From positions 86-64,085 of the forward strand of contig CALVPQ010000004.1 in NCBI GenBank assembly GCA_944351415.1: a stretch of DNA of 64,000 nt, read 5' to 3'. Numbering within the stretch: the first letter of the stretch is position 1; each line of letters begins with the position of its first letter. Made by a program: the position numbers and the translations under genes. Below are positions 58,770 through 64,000 of the stretch, one piece after another. The notes beneath the pieces are model-generated. The model ran no database searches and was not told the DNA's origin. It saw nothing but the letters and a program-made list of their open reading frames with translations. The stretch comes from an uncultured Clostridia bacterium (lineage in GTDB: Bacteria > Bacillota > Clostridia > Christensenellales > UBA1242).

Positions 58770-58797
58770 TTGACTTTTATTTTTATTTTACTATAAT
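58770..58797 (+). promoter_or_regulatory. promoter of the glyQS T-box leader
   Basis: TTGACT, 16 nt, TATAAT. Confidence 0.6.
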
Positions 58798-58802
58798 AAT
58801 TA

Positions 58803-58993
58803 TTGTTATGGCGATGATGGAATTGGCAACTCCTGAGCTAAACGCTTGTCGGCGTAAAGACAAAATAAGGTGTTAGACTTTTAAAACTTCTATAATTTGT
58901 TTATATTGGATTTAATAAGTTTAACATGAATTAGGGTGGAACAGCGAAATACAGTATTATCGCCCCTATGCATGAACTGCATGGGGCTTTTTT
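58803..58993 (+). promoter_or_regulatory. T-box riboswitch leader (glycine specifier)
   Basis: AATTAGGGTGGAACAGCG (58929-58946) fits the T-box consensus AAnnnGGGTGGtACcGCG. Terminator GCCCC-T-ATGCA/TGCAT-GGGGC plus T6 (58962-58993). Candidate GGC specifier at 58825-58827. Sits upstream of glyQS. Confidence 0.85.
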
Positions 58994-59099
58994 ATTAAAT
59001 AATACTAAATTTAAGCTAATGCACTACCAAAACCCTAATTTTATAGTAAAAATATTAAAAACTAAAAACTTTATAGAAATTTTTGTTAAGGAGAAAAAA

Positions 59100-60503
59100 A
59101 TGAAAGAAGAAAAAAAAGTTGAAACTATCAAAAATGAACTGACTATGGATAAAATCGTTAATTTATGCAAAAACCGAGGATTTGTTTTTCCCGGTAGTGA
59201 AATCTATGGCGGATTTGCTAACACTTGGGATTTTGGACCTGTTGGAGTTGAGTTAAAAAACAATATTAAACGTGCTTGGTGGAAGAGATTTGTTCAAGAA
59301 TCTCCGAACACTTATGGTGTTGATGCTGCCATTCTTATGAACCCACGTGTGTGGGAGGCAAGTGGCCACGTGGCAAGTTTTGGCGACCCTAAAATGGACT
59401 GCAAAAAATGCAAACAACGTTTTAGAGCAGATACTCTTGTTGAGGCGCATAGCAAAGGCAGTGTTTCTGCTGAGGCTATGACAGATGAACAACTTGAGGC
59501 ATATATTAATGAACATCATATTTGCTGTCCACATTGTGGTGGCTTTGATTGGACCCCAATACGTAAATTCAATCCTATGTTTATAACATCTCGTGGAACA
59601 CTTGAGGCCGATGCTGATAAGGTTTATCTTCGCCCTGAAACCTGCCAAGGCGAATATGTGAATTTCTTAAACGTTCAACGCACAACAAGGGCTAAAGTTC
59701 CTTTTGCAATTGCTCAAATAGGAAAATCTTTTAGAAATGAGATAACCCCTGGAAACTTTCTTTTTAGAACTATTGAATTTGAACAGATGGAACTTCAAAT
59801 GTTCTGCAAAGAAGAAAATTCTATGGATACTTACAATAACTATAAAGAAAGAGCACTTGAATTTGTTCAAAATTTAGGTTTGGAAGCTGAAAATTTACGT
59901 TTTCACGACCATGACAAACTTGCACACTATGCAAAGGCGGCTTGTGACATTCAATATAACTTCCCTATTGGTTGGCAAGAGCTTAACGGAATACATCATC
60001 GTGGCACTTGGGATTTATCTCGTCATCAAGAATACTCTGGCAAAAATATGCAATATGTTGACCCATTTACTAACGAAAAGTATATACCTAATGTTATTGA
60101 ATATTCTATCGGAGCTGATAGGTTGACGCTTGCCATTCTTTGCGGGGCTTATGAAGAAGAAAGCCTAGAAAATGGGGAAACAAGAGTTGTTATGCACTTC
60201 CACCCTGCAATCGCCCCTTATAAAGTTGCAATTTTGCCACTTCAAAAGAACCTTTCAGAAAAAGCCAAAGAAGTTTATAGCAGGCTTTCAAAAGAATTTA
60301 TGTGCGACTATGACGAAGCAGGTTCTATTGGTAAGCGTTACCGCAGACAAGATGAGATTGGAACACCTTTCTGTGTGACTATAGACTTTGAAACACTAGA
60401 AAACAATACTGTTACCATTCGCGACAGAGATAGTATGGAACAGGTAAGACTTAATATTGACGAACTTGTGGACTATGTTGAAAAACGCATTAAATTTGAA
60501 TAA
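59100..60503 (+). CDS. glyQS: glycine--tRNA ligase (homodimeric type)
   Basis: NRGFVFPGSEIYGG, LRPETCQG, FRNEITPGNFLFRTIEFEQMELQ, GADRL. AAGGAG before ATG 59100; the upstream part of the ORF covers the T-box terminator and is rejected. Confidence 0.93.
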   Translation: MKEEKKVETIKNELTMDKIVNLCKNRGFVFPGSEIYGGFANTWDFGPVGVELKNNIKRAWWKRFVQESPNTYGVDAAILMNPRVWEASGHVASFGDPKMDCKKCKQRFRADTLVEAHSKGSVSAEAMTDEQLEAYINEHHICCPHCGGFDWTPIRKFNPMFITSRGTLEADADKVYLRPETCQGEYVNFLNVQRTTRAKVPFAIAQIGKSFRNEITPGNFLFRTIEFEQMELQMFCKEENSMDTYNNYKERALEFVQNLGLEAENLRFHDHDKLAHYAKAACDIQYNFPIGWQELNGIHHRGTWDLSRHQEYSGKNMQYVDPFTNEKYIPNVIEYSIGADRLTLAILCGAYEEESLENGETRVVMHFHPAIAPYKVAILPLQKNLSEKAKEVYSRLSKEFMCDYDEAGSIGKRYRRQDEIGTPFCVTIDFETLENNTVTIRDRDSMEQVRLNIDELVDYVEKRIKFE

Positions 60504-60513
60504 ATCTTCAATT

Positions 60514-60541
60514 AAAAAAAGAGCCGAACGGCTCTTTTTTT
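60514..60541. terminator. bidirectional terminator
   Basis: AAAAAAAGAGCC-GAAC-GGCTCTTTTTTT. Confidence 0.85.
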
Positions 60542-60552
60542 GAGAATAAATT

Positions 60553-61527
60553 CTAAGCAACAATTTCAGGTGCCCCTGCGGTAGTAAAATCAATTGTTAT
60601 ATCTGAAGTTATTTCTATAACACCTGTTGAAATACTTGAACTAAGGATATATTCTTGTTCATAAATGGTAAATTGAGGATAATCTCGTGCGAGTGCAAAA
60701 GGCATAATTGATGATTGTGAACGAATTGCCCCCGCTCTCCAAATTTCAATTGTTGAAACATTGTATAGAACTAAGCTTACATCTTCGTTTGTTGGAGTAT
60801 CACCAGCGGCTTCCCAAAAGTTATTTTCTTCTCCATTATTTATTGCAAAATATGTGTCACCCTGCCAGCCTGAAGCATTTTCATAATTTAATGTTACAGT
60901 ATAGCCGTTTTGTGCAAGGCTAAGTGTGATTGGAATATTAAAATTAGAAATAGATGCCGATTTATTTGCATTGACGATGTGGAATGTTACACGATAGGTT
61001 GCATAAGATGCTGAACCTTCTGTTTTTGCATTAAGTGAAGTGGATATTGCATCATCAGTGGTGCCAGTTGATGTGTATGTGATAGAAGCGGTTGGCGAAT
61101 CTGAAACAGCAGCATTTTCAAAAACTTCTATTTTCATTGTGGCATTATCAAAGGTGCCAACAAAAGTATTTGAAATATCTGCATTTAGTACTTGCTCTGT
61201 GTGATTGTTTGTGATTGTAAATGTGATTGTTAAATCTTCGCCTTTTTGGTTAAATTGAAGTTGTAAATCTGTCCATGTTGCAAGTTCAGCAGTTCCATCA
61301 TTTTCGGCATCAAATGTTATTTCTTGCATCTTTGATGCTGCATTGGCAAGTGTTCCGCCAGATAACTCCCCTTCCGAAATTGTTGCTTGAACATCAGTTG
61401 CTTTAAAAGAAATTGAACCACCAATATTTAGCATGATATTTTGTGCTGCAAGCACACCCATTATAAACATTGAAGCAACCAAAATAAATGCACCAATTGT
61501 TGAAATTAATTTCATTTTTAAACTCAT
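60553..61527 (-). CDS. secreted or membrane-anchored protein of unknown function
   Basis: AAGGAG SD. N-terminal signal/anchor KLISTIGAFILVASMFIMGVLAAQN. Thr/Ala/Asn-rich, beta-looking mature part. Confidence 0.65.
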   Translation of the reverse strand: MSLKMKLISTIGAFILVASMFIMGVLAAQNIMLNIGGSISFKATDVQATISEGELSGGTLANAASKMQEITFDAENDGTAELATWTDLQLQFNQKGEDLTITFTITNNHTEQVLNADISNTFVGTFDNATMKIEVFENAAVSDSPTASITYTSTGTTDDAISTSLNAKTEGSASYATYRVTFHIVNANKSASISNFNIPITLSLAQNGYTVTLNYENASGWQGDTYFAINNGEENNFWEAAGDTPTNEDVSLVLYNVSTIEIWRAGAIRSQSSIMPFALARDYPQFTIYEQEYILSSSISTGVIEITSDITIDFTTAGAPEIVA

Positions 61528-61571
61528 TGTTAAATCTCCTTTTATTTTTTTATTTTGACTTTTATAGTATA

Positions 61572-61608
61572 CTAGACATTTTGTCTAGTGTCAAGATATT
61601 TTGTCTAG
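61572..61608. promoter_or_regulatory. two operator-like sites in the divergent XRE promoter region
   Basis: CTAGACATTTTGTCTAG (perfect 6-bp arms, 61572-61588) and CAAGATATTTTGTCTAG (61592-61608), centres 20 bp apart. Confidence 0.55.
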
Positions 61609-61627
61609 TTTTGGATAAAATTTATTT

Positions 61628-61834
61628 ATGGACAAAATATTCTGTGATAATTTGAAATATTTAAGGAAAGATATAGGTTTAACACAAAAGCAGGTTGCTG
61701 AAAAATTGGGGGTTGTTGAAAGTTGCTACGCAAACTGGGAGCAAGGAAGAACCGAACCTTCAATTGCTATGCTTAGAAAATTATCTATAATCTTTAAGGT
61801 TAGTATAGATGAAATGATAAATAATGTTATTTAA
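61628..61834 (+). CDS. XRE-family helix-turn-helix transcriptional regulator
   Basis: LRKDIGLTQKQVAEKLGVVESCYANWEQGRTEPSIAMLRKLSIIF, 68 aa. Confidence 0.85.
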   Translation: MDKIFCDNLKYLRKDIGLTQKQVAEKLGVVESCYANWEQGRTEPSIAMLRKLSIIFKVSIDEMINNVI

Positions 61835-62048
61835 TTTTATACAAAATAACAAACCTAAAATCTATAATTATTATACTTTATTAAGATTTTATGTTACAAA
61901 AATACAATATAAAAAATATAGCAACTTTATATTATTAAAAATTAGTTTTCAAATTTTAAAATTTTCTATAAAAAAAGTATCATGTTAAAAATGAATTATA
62001 TTGGTATTCATTCTTTATTACATGATACATTTTTTTATGTTATAAACT

Positions 62049-62765
62049 TTAGTCCCGTCTTGTCCACATAAGGAGCAAGAATAAAAATCTTAAAAAATAT
62101 GCCATTGAAACTAGGAGTGATGCAACATAAGTTAGAGCTGCAGCATTGAGCACTTTATCTGTGGCTTGAACTTCGCTATCACTTGTGCAACCAAGCTTTA
62201 TAAGCATATCTTTTGCACGTGATGATGCATTCACTTCAACTGGAAGTGTAACAAGATTTGCAACCACGGCAACCGCATACAAAGCAACCGAAATATAGAT
62301 AACAAGACTGCCAGCTATACTAACTAAAAACACTTGAAGAAGTATACCAACTATCAAAAGTGGCATAAGCATTTTAGAAACAACATTACTCACCTTGACT
62401 ACCATCTGTCTTGTCTTAAATGGTGCATAATTTTCAGCATGTTGAAGTGCATGCCCAAACTCGTGAGCAACAATTGCTTGAGCAGCAATTGATGTTGAAT
62501 TAAAATTTTCTTGTGAGATATTTATGCTTCTATCAGTTGGGTCGTAGTGGTCAGTTAACCTTCCACTGCACTGCCTTACCATCAAATTTAAGTTATAATC
62601 TGATGATAATTTTTCAGCAAGTTCTGCACCAGTCATTGTAAGAGAAGATAGTTTTTCTTTATTTTCTTCATAAGCACTATTTACCTTTGTTTGGGCAACA
62701 AGTGCAATAATTATAGAAATTAAAATCACCACTCCTGAAACAATATATCCTATATAATAACCCAT
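62049..62765 (-). CDS. membrane zinc metallopeptidase (YugP/Zn_peptidase_2-like)
   Basis: HEFGHALQH (HExxH) between TM helices. AAGGAG SD. Confidence 0.8.
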   Translation of the reverse strand: MGYYIGYIVSGVVILISIIIALVAQTKVNSAYEENKEKLSSLTMTGAELAEKLSSDYNLNLMVRQCSGRLTDHYDPTDRSINISQENFNSTSIAAQAIVAHEFGHALQHAENYAPFKTRQMVVKVSNVVSKMLMPLLIVGILLQVFLVSIAGSLVIYISVALYAVAVVANLVTLPVEVNASSRAKDMLIKLGCTSDSEVQATDKVLNAAALTYVASLLVSMAYFLRFLFLLLMWTRRD

Positions 62766-62935
62766 TTTTTTCTCCTTAAAATATTATTTTTTTATTTTTA
62801 ATATATTTTAATATATTTTTATATATTTTTTTAATTTTTTATTTATTTTTTATTTTTTTATTTATTTTTATTTTTTTATTTATTTTTTTTATAAATTAAT
62901 CTATATCAGATTATTTTTTTGATAATTAAATAAAA

Positions 62936-63646
62936 TTAAAATAATTTTGATTTTTTTGATAATGTAGTCCAGCCCAAAATTAATCTTAAGAAGTCTGCCC
63001 AATAGGTAAGCCTTGCATCTTTTAAAAATCTCTTTGCCTTTTTAAGTTCGCCTTCTGAAAGATACTCTTCAAGCATCTTTATAGCTTTTTTTGATGCATC
63101 TTTTTCTATAGAAATTGTTAAAAGTTTATTAAAAAGTGCAAGCAAAAATATTCCAGCACTACAACCAAGAAGTATAAGCCCTAAGTTGAATAATTCATCT
63201 CCAAAAAAAAGTAAAACCACACCTGCAATTATAAGAAGTGGCAAAAATATCCCAAGAATTTTACCAAGTCCTCTTAAAAAATGCAAACGTTTAAGTTTTC
63301 CACCCTCTTTATCTTGCTTTGCATGCCCTAATTCGTGTGCAATTATTGATATTGAGGCTATTGAGTTTTTATTTAAAGTGTTTGTTGATAAAAATAATTT
63401 ACCTTTACTATAAGCATCACCTGCAAGCTGAGAGATTTGAATAAATTGAAGTTTTCCATCAAAATCATTATTATTGATGTAGTTTATAAAATCATAAATA
63501 GTTAAGTCTTCTCTTAGATAAACCTTATCAAGTTCTTGATAACGTTGCAAAAACCTATCGTAAGCAAAATTCGCTATTGCGAGTAAGAAGCATATCAAAA
63601 CAGCAAATGCTATCACCGCTATAATAATTATCCATGTTGTGCTCAT
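62936..63646 (-). CDS. membrane zinc metallopeptidase paralogue (YugP-like)
   Basis: HELGHAKQD (HExxH) with the same TM/HExxH/TM layout as 62049..62765. No clear SD. Confidence 0.75.
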   Translation of the reverse strand: MSTTWIIIIAVIAFAVLICFLLAIANFAYDRFLQRYQELDKVYLREDLTIYDFINYINNNDFDGKLQFIQISQLAGDAYSKGKLFLSTNTLNKNSIASISIIAHELGHAKQDKEGGKLKRLHFLRGLGKILGIFLPLLIIAGVVLLFFGDELFNLGLILLGCSAGIFLLALFNKLLTISIEKDASKKAIKMLEEYLSEGELKKAKRFLKDARLTYWADFLRLILGWTTLSKKSKLF

Positions 63647-63754
63647 ACTATTATTTTATATTTTTTTGTAGTTTTTATCAAGTAAATGATGGTTTTTTTA
63701 ATAAAATGATTATAAAACACTATATTTTGTCTATAAAAATATACATTTAATAAA

Positions 63755-64000
63755 TTATGTTATTAAAACGACAGTTGTGCCTTCTTGCAAACTTGTGCCT
63801 GCGGGTGGAAGCTGAGAAACAATATACTCACCTTCGCCATCAAGTTCATAATATAATCCTAGATTTTTTAAAGTTACTGCAGCTTCTGTAAGGCTTAGTC
63901 CCACAACATTTGGCATATCAACATAAACAAGCTGCACACTTTCATCTTGTTTTGGCTCGTTTAGATAGTCAAACAAGTTGCTAAATACTATTTTCCCATA
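63755..64000 (-). CDS. C-terminal PASTA-domain fragment of a penicillin-binding protein or Ser/Thr kinase (5' end outside the window)
   Basis: MPNVVGLSLTEAAVTLKNLGLYYELDGEGEYIVSQLPPAGTSLQEGTTVVLIT is a PASTA repeat. The frame stays open to the window edge (YGKIVFSN...). Confidence 0.8.
   Translation of the reverse strand, partial: YGKIVFSNLFDYLNEPKQDESVQLVYVDMPNVVGLSLTEAAVTLKNLGLYYELDGEGEYIVSQLPPAGTSLQEGTTVVLIT

Noticed and set aside
1-64000. Alternative genetic code (UGA as Trp, Mollicutes-like), considered because of the extreme AT content
   Set aside because: All long conserved genes are intact and full-length under the standard bacterial code, and Trp in conserved motifs is encoded by TGG. 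There is no need to invoke code 4.

Overview
Very AT-rich (about 30% G+C by eye, not computed) chromosomal segment. It looks like a low-GC, cell-walled, anaerobic Bacillota-type bacterium; this is inferred from an LtaS-type synthase, alr, a PASTA domain, HelD, a T-box leader, rubrerythrin and desulfoferrodoxin. I call 44 protein genes. Housekeeping genes include gyrB-(mazG-like)-gyrA, helD, hisS, uvrC, tmk, alr, rnhB, cls and glyQS. There is also one tRNA-Arg(ACG), one glycine T-box leader, several clean intrinsic terminators and a DnaA-box cluster. Large genes include an 11.2-kb gene for a 3744-aa membrane-anchored giant protein and a 1275-aa DUF4011-type SF1 helicase fused to a PD-(D/E)xK-like nuclease. 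No CRISPR array, rRNA, transposase or integrase was seen. Most unusual findings: (1) Four intergenic 91-101-nt modules (8702-8796, 16310-16402, 22211-22301, 34393-34493) share one topology: a long closing stem enclosing three back-to-back perfect hairpins, followed by a T-tract. They share no primary sequence, so they are a candidate new structured element or branched terminator family. (2) A 41-nt direct repeat made of the tRNA-Arg 3' end plus its terminator brackets a foreign-looking GC-rich 107-nt insert. (3) Five phased ~32-bp iterons lie upstream of a ferritin-like gene. (4) An ABC-F ATPase has a destroyed second P-loop. All calls come from reading motifs and pairing by eye. No database search, folding program or statistics were run.
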